DNA of 56,024 nt from Planctomycetaceae bacterium (GCA_043738805.1 JAYUFI010000999.1:1-56024); one strand, 5' to 3'; numbered from the stretch's first letter, positions 21,428 to 29,339 are shown. Made by a program: numbers and translations. Notes: a model not told the origin generated them from the letters alone.

Positions 21428-21973
21428 CTCGACTTCACGACGACGGAGGTTTGGACCGTTCACGGGCTTGTGACGATGTTCGTGCTCGTTGTCATGCAAC
21501 TGAAAACTCGCCGCATTGAAATCGCGGGAGTGACCGCCAATCCGGATAGCGCTTGGGTTCAGCAAATGGCTCGCAACCTGACTGACTCACAAGACGGATT
21601 CTTGAGGGACTCAACTCACATCCTCGTGGACCGCGACACCAAGTTCTTGCCGCTCCGTGAATTTCTGGAGACCAGCACTGAAATTGAACCGGTGGTGTTG
21701 CCGCCTCGAAGTCCGAATTGCAACGCTCATTTGGAGCGGTTCATGAAAAGCCTCAAAGCGGAAGCGTTGGAGCGGATGATCTTTTTCGGCGAAGGCTCGT
21801 TGCGGAACACTTTGAAAGAATACGCCGAGCATTACCACGCCGAACGAAATCATCAGGGTTTAGAAAACCAACTGATCGAGCCCGGCGACGAAGTCGGCGA
21901 GACGGCTGGCACCATCGAATGCCGCGAACGCTTGGGCGGACTGCTCCGCTACTACCACCGCCGAGCGGCTTGA
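21428..21973 (+). pseudogene. 5'-truncated DDE (rve/integrase-core) transposase gene; IS remnant
   Basis: Only the catalytic-core C-terminal part is present (DFTTTEVWTVHGLVTMFVLVVMQLKTRRIEIAGVT..DRDTKF..PRSPNCNAHLERFMKSLKAE..YHAERNHQGL). There is no HTH or N-terminal region. The homologous frame begins directly at the stop codon of the preceding methyltransferase gene. Confidence 0.8.
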
Positions 21974-22014
21974 ACTCAATGTCGCACCATCACGAGCTTG
22001 AGGCTTCATTCGTT

Positions 22015-23010
22015 CTATGAGCGAATGCAACAGAAGCGGTCTGTACCAACACCGTGAAAGCGACCGTGTTCCAGCCTGACGCACGCATAATTTGGCGATC
22101 CGCTCGCCACGATCGGCTGAGATTCCTTCGCGGCAACGACTTCAACTTCTGGTTTCCAAAGAACTTTGCCCCCGGCTGAGTTTTTTGACCGCACGCTAAA
22201 AGATTGTAGAGCTAAAAGAGACCCCTTATTTCCCCCCAGATAAGGCATGAAGTCCCGTCCGCCGACTTGATTCCCCGTTGTCAATTGGTAGGTGTTCAAG
22301 GCACCATCCACCACACCCAGCGTGGAGGCCGTCAGCGATAGCGCGGCCATCGTAGTCAACTCCTGACCCGCGAGGACCGCCGCCCATTCCGGGCCTGCCA
22401 AGCCGCCCGATGCCACGGTCGTCACCACCGCGATGGCGATCTCGATTTCCTTCGCGTGTTCTGAGACCCAGTGTTCCGCGTCCTTGAAGTTTTCCGAGAT
22501 CACATGCCCGGCGTCTTCATAGTTGTGAGCCACCGCGCTCGCCGCGTCTTCGACTCCTTCGACCAGATGCTTCGGCAGGTTCTTGATGAACCGCAGCGGG
22601 TGCGTCACCAATTCCTCGACCCCATCGATCGCCTTGTGAGCCAGCTTCTTGACACCACCCTGAATCTTGTGCCACAGCGAACTGAGCCAACTGTTCCCCG
22701 ACGGGTCAGCACCCGTCGCCGGATTGTTCGACCCATACCGATTGAGATTCGTATCCCCCGCGCTGAACCCGATCGGGTCTTCGCTCACAAACCGACCCAC
22801 CGCCGGGTCATACCACCGCGCCCGGTTGTATTGCAGACCCGTGTCGCTGTCGTACTCACGACCCGTGTAACCAAACAAGAACCCATCCGTGATCGGAGCC
22901 GTCGGCATCCCAAAGCTATCGAACACCCGATGATTGCCACTGGGGATCGACGTCACGTTCGTCGTCGTGTCGTGAACCGCCACATCCCGCACGCTCCCGT
23001 GCAAGCCCCA
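22015..23010 (-). CDS. Rhs-family core C-terminal fragment fused to a C-terminal toxin-like domain (orphan, lacks N-terminus and proper start)
   Basis: FGYTGREYDSDTGLQYNRARWYDPAVGRFVSEDPIGFSAGDTNLNRYGSNNPATGADPSGN is the RHS-repeat-associated core end, including PxxxxDPxG. The frame opens right after a TAG at 23011-23013, and the only start codon is a TTG. About 200 aa of non-core sequence follow. Confidence 0.85.
   Translation of the reverse strand, partial: WGLHGSVRDVAVHDTTTNVTSIPSGNHRVFDSFGMPTAPITDGFLFGYTGREYDSDTGLQYNRARWYDPAVGRFVSEDPIGFSAGDTNLNRYGSNNPATGADPSGNSWLSSLWHKIQGGVKKLAHKAIDGVEELVTHPLRFIKNLPKHLVEGVEDAASAVAHNYEDAGHVISENFKDAEHWVSEHAKEIEIAIAVVTTVASGGLAGPEWAAVLAGQELTTMAALSLTASTLGVVDGALNTYQLTTGNQVGGRDFMPYLGGNKGSLLALQSFSVRSKNSAGGKVLWKPEVEVVAAKESQPIVASGSPNYACVRLEHGRFHGVGTDRFCCIRS
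22156..22196. repeat. cassette junction repeat, copy 1
   Basis: CCAAAGAACTTTGCCCCCGGCTGAGTTTTTTGACCGCACGC. The 19-nt core CCGGCTGAGTTTTTTGACC at 22172-22190 is identical in all three copies. Confidence 0.85.
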
Positions 23011-23065
23011 CTAAATCGTATGAAAGTAAAGATGCCAGGAGACAACGATGGCTTGCTTTATCCAG

Positions 23066-23150
23066 AAACGGTTCCTGGCACCTTTTTATCATGGCACCTT
23101 TTTATCACCCAAAGAGCTTGACACCCGGCTGAGTTTTTTGACCTTACGGC
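23066..23150. repeat. cassette junction repeat, copy 2, preceded by a GGTTCCTGGCACCTTTT palindromic-element arm
   Basis: AAACGGTTCCTGGCACCTTTTTATCATGGCACCTTTTTATCACCCAAAGAGCTTGACACCCGGCTGAGTTTTTTGACCTTACGGC. The core is at 23125-23143. Confidence 0.85.
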
Positions 23151-23175
23151 ATCGCTCCACAACACCGTCTGACCG

Positions 23176-23550
23176 TCATTCGCCCAGACCTGTCCCTTTT
23201 TTCTGCCCCAAAATAGGATTGTCTTTCAGGTACATTCTCAAATCGGATTCCATTAATCCTGGACAACCTTTTGTTACCCACATCTCAAAGTCCTCTGCGT
23301 GAGATTGGTAATATCGTTCACCTACCCATTTCCCAGATTCTTGTGAGCCAAACCTATCGATATAGAGAAGGTGGTGAATTGCAAGAGTCAGGAGTTCGCC
23401 TTCTTCGTCATCTGGCAACTCAAAGTTACTAGTTTCACCACAATATGGGGAAGTCCCCATAACTAAATCATGAAGATCCCGTGGTCTTTCTTTTGCAAGC
23501 AATTGTACTGTAGACGCGTCTATATTTTTCATTCTGCTCTTTCGATTCAT
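23176..23550 (-). CDS. immunity-like protein (hypothetical, 124 aa) of cassette 2
   Basis: The ORF is AT-rich. Its ATG overlaps the stop of the upstream toxin-tip ORF (ATGA at 23547-23550). It is a small acidic cytoplasmic-type protein. I recognise no family, so the assignment is by context. Confidence 0.5.
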   Translation of the reverse strand: MNRKSRMKNIDASTVQLLAKERPRDLHDLVMGTSPYCGETSNFELPDDEEGELLTLAIHHLLYIDRFGSQESGKWVGERYYQSHAEDFEMWVTKGCPGLMESDLRMYLKDNPILGQKKGTGLGE

Positions 23551-23780
23551 TTGCTGAAGACCGCTTCAAGTGACGAAGAATTAAATTCAAGTTTCGTATA
23601 CTCCAGTTTTTGAGCAGTCTTTCCGAGATGAGTTCCCCAAACAGCCTGCGCTTCAGGCACTCCTTTATTGATCAAAGCTCGGTAAGTAGCTTGATTGTCG
23701 ATACCAAGTTGACCACCAATTGAGCGAACACGATTTGGGCCAATACTTTCAATTGCCAGAGAAAAGGTGTCAGGAACCAA
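23547..23780 (-). CDS. orphan toxin C-terminal fragment (cassette 2), no genuine start codon
   Basis: The ORF opens inside a repeat arm (TTG GTT CCT GAC ACC TTT = MVPDTF). It is translationally coupled to the downstream immunity-like ORF. I recognise no family. Confidence 0.4.
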   Translation of the reverse strand: MVPDTFSLAIESIGPNRVRSIGGQLGIDNQATYRALINKGVPEAQAVWGTHLGKTAQKLEYTKLEFNSSSLEAVFSK

Positions 23781-23867
23781 ATAATGGGATTTCTCCTATA
23801 AACGGTTCCTGACACCTTTTCTTTCCCAATGAGCTTGACGACCGGCTGAGTTTTTTGACCTCACGCC
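23761..23867. repeat. cassette junction repeat, copy 3, with a perfect 17-bp inverted pair of the GGTTCCTGACACCTTTT element
   Basis: AAAAGGTGTCAGGAACC (23762-23778) pairs with GGTTCCTGACACCTTTT (23804-23820). Then comes CCAATGAGCTTGACGACCGGCTGAGTTTTTTGACCTCACGCC, with the core at 23842-23860. Confidence 0.85.
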
Positions 23868-23888
23868 TTTTCTTCTCCTCCCCCCGCG

Positions 23889-24470
23889 TCAGAAGACTGT
23901 GACTTCAAACGCATTATCCGAAAAGCGTCTGACTATCCAATCTTGTAAGTACTGTCGCCGTGAAGCTTCTCTCGAAGTCGAAATAAACCCGAATCCAGAA
24001 TCGTCATGTGGGTATAATATTAAGTCGTGATCAGGCACAACGCAGAAGCAGTGCCCTCGAATTCCATCTACGGACATCACCGCCGAGAAGACAGTTCTAA
24101 TTATCCGCTCATTTATCCTTGGTATTTCTAATAATCCGTACCCGTCTAATCGATTCGCGCAATATTGCGTTGTATCTACCCGAGTCAATATGCTTTCTGC
24201 AGCCAGTGGATAAACGTGTTCACGCAACTCCCGATCTCCGAATCCATAATCATTCTTCAATTCAAAATCATTCCCCACAATAAACAAGTTGCTCACAATA
24301 GACTGACAATGAGTGTCAAATAAAGAGCTACTCAACAGAAGGTCGATCGCTTTCTCACAGACATCTATCGAAAATGCTTCCTTTCTCTCAAAAAAACCCA
24401 AGAAGCCCTGTGACATACTGTAGCTTTGCAGATTTACGTTTTTCTCAACAGTTTTAAGTGGAGACTCCAT
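23889..24470 (-). CDS. immunity-like protein (hypothetical, 193 aa) of cassette 1
   Basis: This is the most AT-rich ORF in the window; one 60-nt line counts 30% G+C. Its ATG lies 2 nt after the stop of the upstream toxin-tip ORF. I recognise no family. Confidence 0.5.
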   Translation of the reverse strand: MESPLKTVEKNVNLQSYSMSQGFLGFFERKEAFSIDVCEKAIDLLLSSSLFDTHCQSIVSNLFIVGNDFELKNDYGFGDRELREHVYPLAAESILTRVDTTQYCANRLDGYGLLEIPRINERIIRTVFSAVMSVDGIRGHCFCVVPDHDLILYPHDDSGFGFISTSREASRRQYLQDWIVRRFSDNAFEVTVF

Positions 24471-24472
24471 AT

Positions 24473-24826
24473 TTATTCATCCGTCTTGATAATAGTGCCA
24501 TCGTTGGCAACGGTGATCTTGTTGCTCTTGGTCGGCGCTTTGCCCTTTTTCGTCCCAACCTTCCATTCGCCGCCCTCAGATCGACTGTGGTTCGTGTGAC
24601 TACTCTCCCATACCTCGCCTGTGTTTACGTTCTTGTATTGCCCACTTCCATTTCTAGTAAAGTCTTCGGGGTGCGTAGCCGGCGTCCGTACTTTGTCACC
24701 AACAGGAGTGTTGCGTGCTTTTGCTTTTATCCCTGGGAGAATAAAAGGTGCCAGGAACCGTTTTAGGTCAATCGGCCATAAAAGGTTCCTGCCTTTGCAA
24801 ACTTTGTACACATTCACCCAGATCAT
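24473..24826 (-). CDS. small toxin-like protein / toxin tip (cassette 1), tail reminiscent of colicin-E3-type cytotoxic RNase domains (tentative)
   Basis: ATG at 24826 is preceded by AAGGGA. The first ~30 aa are encoded by palindromic-repeat DNA. The C-terminal GEVWESSHTNHSRSEGGEWKVGTKKGKAPTKSNKITVANDGTIIK resembles the ..YEWDSQHGELEGY..G.HLGSFDP.TG.QLK tail of colicin E3-like toxins (recalled from memory). Confidence 0.4.
   Translation of the reverse strand: MIWVNVYKVCKGRNLLWPIDLKRFLAPFILPGIKAKARNTPVGDKVRTPATHPEDFTRNGSGQYKNVNTGEVWESSHTNHSRSEGGEWKVGTKKGKAPTKSNKITVANDGTIIKTDE
24743..24796. repeat. degenerate inverted pair of the AAAAGGTGCCAGGAACC element
   Basis: AAAAGGTGCCAGGAACCGTTT (24743-24763) is paired with GGTTCCTGCCTTT (24784-24796). 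Confidence 0.6.
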
Positions 24827-25027
24827 AATTCCCTTCGGGTCACATCGCGAAGTGCCAATGGTTGGGGATCAAGCACTAGTCACAGATTCGCATCGGAAGT
24901 TCCCCCTTTATCGTTACCATTTTGCGAGTTTTTCACTCGTTGGGATTCGCTGATGTGTTTCGGTAGCATCCCTCGCTCTTGCGTGAGCTGTGGGGCGGGT
25001 CTTCTGGCCCGCTCGCGATTGAGTGTC

Positions 25028-25058
25028 GCAAGGACGGGCCAGGAGACCTGTCCTACGG
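25028..25058. repeat. single REP-like hairpin with GTAG head (minus orientation)
   Basis: The reverse complement of 25031-25056 reads GTAGGACAGGTCTCCTGGCCCGTCCT, which is related to the doublet at 25447-25510. Confidence 0.55.
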
Positions 25059-25109
25059 CACGCTGCATAACGCAGCACACTTGAAAGTCGGCTGGAAGAG
25101 CGAGGCCCC

Positions 25110-25418
25110 ATGAGTTCGCAGATTGATCCCGTCGTCCGCACCGCGCGGCGTGAAGCGTTGATTGTCTTTGGGATTTGGCTGACCGCTCTGATCTATTCGG
25201 TAAGCACGTGCTACTTGCTGGGCTACAACCGACCGGTCAGCGAGTGGAAAGATCCGAAGCTGGTCTTCGGTTTTCCTCAATGGGTCTTCTGGGGCATCGT
25301 CGTGCCGTGGGTGAGTTGCTCAGCGATTTCGTGGATCTTCGCCGTTGTGTTCATTCGCGATGGAGAACTCGGCGAAGAACTGGAAGAGACCGAAGACGAA
25401 CTCGGACTCGGCGGCTGA
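25110..25418 (+). CDS. YhdT-like (DUF997) small membrane protein
   Basis: 102 aa with two TM helices and an acidic tail. It sits immediately upstream of an SSS-family symporter, as yhdT does with panF. Confidence 0.65.
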   Translation: MSSQIDPVVRTARREALIVFGIWLTALIYSVSTCYLLGYNRPVSEWKDPKLVFGFPQWVFWGIVVPWVSCSAISWIFAVVFIRDGELGEELEETEDELGLGG

Positions 25419-25446
25419 CAGATCGCTGAGTCTTCTTGTAGGACGG

Positions 25447-25510
25447 GCACTCCTGCCCGTCTTTTCTGAAGAACACTGACGGGCAAGAGTGCCCGTCCTA
25501 CTTTTCAACA
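25447..25510. repeat. REPIN-like doublet, GTAGGACGGGCA family
   Basis: GTAGGACGGGCACTCCTGCCCGTC (25447-25470) is paired with GACGGGCAAGAGTGCCCGTCCTAC (25487-25510). They are inverted with heads outward and lie between the yhdT-like and symporter genes. Confidence 0.8.
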
Positions 25511-25522
25511 GGCTGCTAATCC

Positions 25523-27469
25523 ATGAGTCTGCCTCCTTTTGCCCTGCTGGCGGCAAGTGAATCGTCGGCCTCGTCGAGCGTCGGTTACGGCGCGTTGTTC
25601 ATGCTTGTGCTGTTCATTTTTGGCTCGGTTTGGATCGGCGTGCTGGCCAATCGAGTGACTCAAAAAGGCTCGTTCATGAAGGGCTTCTTCCTGGGCAATC
25701 GCGGCCTGGGGGCGTGGGCACTGGCGCTAACGGCGACCGTGCAGAGCGGCGGCACGTTCATGGGCTTCCCATCGCTGGTTTACACACACGGCTGGATCGT
25801 GGCGTTGTGGATTGGGAGTTATATGGTCGTGCCGATCACGGGATTCAGCGTGCTCGGCAAGCGGCTGGCACAGCTCAGCCGTCGCACGGAGGCGATCACC
25901 GTTCCGGATCTGTTCCGAGTTCGCTTCGGCAGTCCGACGTTGGGGCTTGTCGCATCGTTGTTCATCCTGCTGTATCTCTCCTTCATGATGTTCGCGCAGT
26001 TCAAGGCGGGAGCGATCGTGATGAAGCTGGCGTGGCCGGGATCGGGCGTGCTGGCGATGAGTGAAGATCAAGAGCCGTTCCTGTTGAACGACAAGTCGCT
26101 CGAACGATTGAAAGAAGACGGCGTTCCGACAAGTGTGATCGAAAAACTGTCGCCGCTGGTTGGCAAGGGATTCCGCTCGTCGACGGAGCTGACGGAACCG
26201 GTGAAGGCCGCACTCACGGCCGAAGAGTTCGCCAGCTTCAAAGAGCCGATCATCAAACGAGGCTCGCAGCTCGACTGGCTCTACATCATCGGACTCCTGA
26301 TCTTCGCTTTTACCGTTGTCGGCTACACGCTGATGGGGGGATTCTTAGCAGCCGTTTGGACCGATTTGTTTCAGAGCGTGCTGATGTTTTTCGGCGTGCT
26401 CATCTTGCTGTTCGCCACGTTGAGTCAAGTCGGCGGTTTGGAAAACGCGACTCGCAAATCGTTGGAAAACACCGGGCCGGGATATGTCTTTGGTCCGGGG
26501 TTTGATCCGAGGGCGGCGGCAGCGAATGCTCCGACATCAACCGGTGCCGCGTCAGCCGCTCCGGTGGCGACGCATGAGTTTCTGCCGCTGTCGTTGGCGA
26601 TCTCGTTCTTCGTGGTTTGGGTGTGGAGCGGCGTCGGTTCGCCGGCTGGTTTGGTGCGCGTCATGGCGAGTCAAAACACGCAGGTCATTCGCAAGTCGAT
26701 CTATCTGCTGAGCGTTTACAACTTGGGAATTTATCTGCCATTGATCGTGATCTGCATTAGTGGACGAGCGTTGATCCCGGACTTACCGACGTCGTCCAGC
26801 GACGAGATTGTTCCGCGGTTGGCCATCATGACGACGAAAGATTGGCCGGGAGGATCGCTCGTGGCCGGCTTGATCCTCGCGGCTCCGTTCGGCGCGGTGA
26901 TGTCGACGGTCAGTTCCTATTTGGTGGTGATCTCATCGGGGCTCGTGCGCGACATCTATCAGCGATTCATTCGCCCGAAGGCGACCCCGATAGAACTGCG
27001 CAAAGCAGCATATGCGGCGATGATCTTTGCGGGACTCCTCTCGATCGCCGTCAACATTTCGCCGGTCCAATTTCTGCAAGCCTTCATCGTCTTTAGCGCG
27101 ACGGGAGCGGCTGCGACGTTCCTGATTCCCGCCGTGATGGCTTGCTACTGGCGTCGAGCGACCGTCGGCGGAATTCTCTCCAGCATGGTTGGCGGCGCGT
27201 TGACGGTCTTGTCGCTGTATTTGCTGGGCATCTTCCAAGCGGATATGAACACCTTCTTAACGAAGACTTTCGGCTTCGCGGAAGAATTCATCCCGTTCCA
27301 GCATTTCGGTCAACTTACTAAGTTTCATCCGTACTATCTGCTGAACTTCGATCCGTTCTTGTGGGGTCTGCTCGCGTCAGGAACGCTCGGCATCGTTGTG
27401 AGTCTGTTCACAACGCCGCCGGACGCGAAGTTGGTCTCGAAAATGTTCGACACAGAGATTCCGGCTTGA
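25523..27469 (+). CDS. sodium:solute symporter (SSS family, PanF/PutP-like) with a ~75-aa hydrophilic insertion
   Basis: There are about 13 or more hydrophobic segments and SSS-type motifs (GNRGLGAWALALTATVQSGGTFMGFP; WTDLFQSVLMFFGV). The inserted segment is MSEDQEPFLLNDKSLERLKEDGVPTSVIEKLSPLVGKGFRSSTELTEPVKAALTAEEFASFKEPIIKRGSQ. Confidence 0.85.
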   Translation: MSLPPFALLAASESSASSSVGYGALFMLVLFIFGSVWIGVLANRVTQKGSFMKGFFLGNRGLGAWALALTATVQSGGTFMGFPSLVYTHGWIVALWIGSYMVVPITGFSVLGKRLAQLSRRTEAITVPDLFRVRFGSPTLGLVASLFILLYLSFMMFAQFKAGAIVMKLAWPGSGVLAMSEDQEPFLLNDKSLERLKEDGVPTSVIEKLSPLVGKGFRSSTELTEPVKAALTAEEFASFKEPIIKRGSQLDWLYIIGLLIFAFTVVGYTLMGGFLAAVWTDLFQSVLMFFGVLILLFATLSQVGGLENATRKSLENTGPGYVFGPGFDPRAAAANAPTSTGAASAAPVATHEFLPLSLAISFFVVWVWSGVGSPAGLVRVMASQNTQVIRKSIYLLSVYNLGIYLPLIVICISGRALIPDLPTSSSDEIVPRLAIMTTKDWPGGSLVAGLILAAPFGAVMSTVSSYLVVISSGLVRDIYQRFIRPKATPIELRKAAYAAMIFAGLLSIAVNISPVQFLQAFIVFSATGAAATFLIPAVMACYWRRATVGGILSSMVGGALTVLSLYLLGIFQADMNTFLTKTFGFAEEFIPFQHFGQLTKFHPYYLLNFDPFLWGLLASGTLGIVVSLFTTPPDAKLVSKMFDTEIPA

Positions 27470-27613
27470 GCATCGCCGCAGATAAATTCAAGAATCAGCC
27501 TGCCGCGCCGGGCGGTGGAAACTTTGCTGACGTTCGTGGGAAAACTCGACAGCCTTCGCCGGCATTATTGATTCATGACTCACGCGACTTTTGCTTTGCC
27601 AGGAACCTTTGAA

Positions 27614-29098
27614 ATGCGAATTGCGACCGGCGGTGTTCTGCACGAGACGAGTACTTTTGCCGCAGGACGAACGGTCGTTCGCGATTTTGAAACGGGGATT
27701 GGGTTCGCTCGCGGGACGGAGTTGTTTGAGAAATATCGTGGCGCGAATTTCTGTTGCGGCGGGTTTATCGACGGCGCGGCGAAGCACGGTTTTGAATTGA
27801 TCCCCTTGCTATGGGCGTTCGCTTTTCCCAGTGGTTTGATTGAGCGTGCGAGCTACGACGAATTGAAGAACGAGTTTCTCGACGGGTTGCGTCAAGAGAT
27901 AGCCAAAGGTCTCGATGGTGTGTTGCTCGACCTGCACGGCGCGATGGTGGTGGAAGGGATTGACGATGGCGACGGCGATTTCATGGCGTCCGTGCGAGAG
28001 GTCGTGGGGCCGCAGTGTCCGATCGTGGTGACGACCGATTTGCACGGAAATCATGCGCCGCTCCGAGTCGCGGCAGCGGACGCGATCATCGGCTACGACA
28101 CGTACCCGCACATCGACATGGCCGAGCGCGGTCGCGAAGCGGCGGACTTAATTGTGCGGACAATTCGAGGCGAAGTGCGTCCGGTCAGTGCGCTGCGGCA
28201 GTTGCCGTTGTTCTGGAGTGCGGCATGTCAGGTGACGGCTCATCCGCCGATCAACGAGGCGTTTCGATTGATCTATGAAATCGAGAAACGTCCGGGGATT
28301 TTGTCGGTGACAATTTCGACCGGCTTTCCGTGGGCCGATGTGACCGACGTCGGAGCGTCCGTTATCGTCGTCGCCGACGGAGATCGTGTGTTGGCGCAGC
28401 AGACCGCCGACGAAATTGGTGATTGGATTTGGTCACGTCGCGAGCGTTGGTACAAGACGCCGCTGACAGTCCGCGAAGCGATTGCTGAAGGGCAGGGGGG
28501 CGGCCGCTTCCCGATCATGTTGGCGGACATGGCTGACAATACTGGCGGCGGTGCTCCGGGCGATTCGACAGAGGTACTGCGGACTTTTGTTGAACAAGAT
28601 CTGCCTGACGCGCTGGTGCTGTATCTCGTGGATGTTGACGTCGCGAAGCAGGCTCACACGGCGGGAATCGGTGCGACGTTTCACGCGGACCTCGGCGGCA
28701 AGTCCGATCCGATTCAAGGGCCGCCGGTGCCTTTGGACGTCGAAGTTATCGCCCTTTCCGATGGACGCTTTCGATACGACGGGCCGATGTACGCTGGGAC
28801 GAATGGCAACCTCGGTCTTTGTGCGTGGCTCCGTTATCGCGGCATCAACATCGTGGTCGTGGGCGTACGGATGCAGCCGCTCGATCAAGCATTCGTGAGG
28901 TCGCTGGGGATTGATTGCTCGGCGATGAAATACATCTCGGTTAAGTCCGCCGTCCATTTTCGTTCGGGCTTTGAGCAACTCGGCGGCCAGATCTTCAACA
29001 TCAATGCAGCAGGGATTCACTCGCACGATTTCAGCTTGTTGAAATATCAGCGCCGCCGCCCGATGTATCCGCTGGAGGCAACCGCGGGATGTGATTGA
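27614..29098 (+). CDS. M81-family metallopeptidase (MlrC-like)
   Basis: MRIATGGVLHETSTFA..., DGVLLDLHGAMV, TTDLHGNH, GYDTYPHID, plus an MlrC C-terminal-like half. Confidence 0.8.
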   Translation: MRIATGGVLHETSTFAAGRTVVRDFETGIGFARGTELFEKYRGANFCCGGFIDGAAKHGFELIPLLWAFAFPSGLIERASYDELKNEFLDGLRQEIAKGLDGVLLDLHGAMVVEGIDDGDGDFMASVREVVGPQCPIVVTTDLHGNHAPLRVAAADAIIGYDTYPHIDMAERGREAADLIVRTIRGEVRPVSALRQLPLFWSAACQVTAHPPINEAFRLIYEIEKRPGILSVTISTGFPWADVTDVGASVIVVADGDRVLAQQTADEIGDWIWSRRERWYKTPLTVREAIAEGQGGGRFPIMLADMADNTGGGAPGDSTEVLRTFVEQDLPDALVLYLVDVDVAKQAHTAGIGATFHADLGGKSDPIQGPPVPLDVEVIALSDGRFRYDGPMYAGTNGNLGLCAWLRYRGINIVVVGVRMQPLDQAFVRSLGIDCSAMKYISVKSAVHFRSGFEQLGGQIFNINAAGIHSHDFSLLKYQRRRPMYPLEATAGCD

Positions 29099-29339
29099 AG
29101 CGTGATTCGGCTCGCCAAGTCATTGCAAGAGTCGTTTTGCCCGCACGAAATTCGCATCAGTTCGTTGTGATGTTTGACGCGGCAACTAGAATCCTGCCGT
29201 TCCGCACGTCGTTTGGTTGGGCAGTCTGCCTGATAGCTTCGCGTCTCGGCGAAGTGCTCATGCTCGAAAGAAAGTGATTGGCAAGTATTCGGCCCGCGAC
29301 CCGGACTTTGTTTCGCAACCATTGTGAAGGGAGAGCCAG

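Noticed and set aside
23048-24953. Plus-strand ORFs 23048..23302, 24458..24766 and 24621..24953 in the toxin island.
   Set aside because: They are antisense to the coupled toxin/immunity ORFs and largely consist of translated repeat arms (for example ..KRCQEPF, ..GARNRF). They are not independent genes.
24830-25109. An integration site (tRNA or att) or direct repeats bounding the toxin island on its right side.
   Set aside because: I saw no tRNA-like sequence and no repeat matching the left boundary at ~21426-22015. Only REP-like hairpins are present, so the island borders remain undefined.
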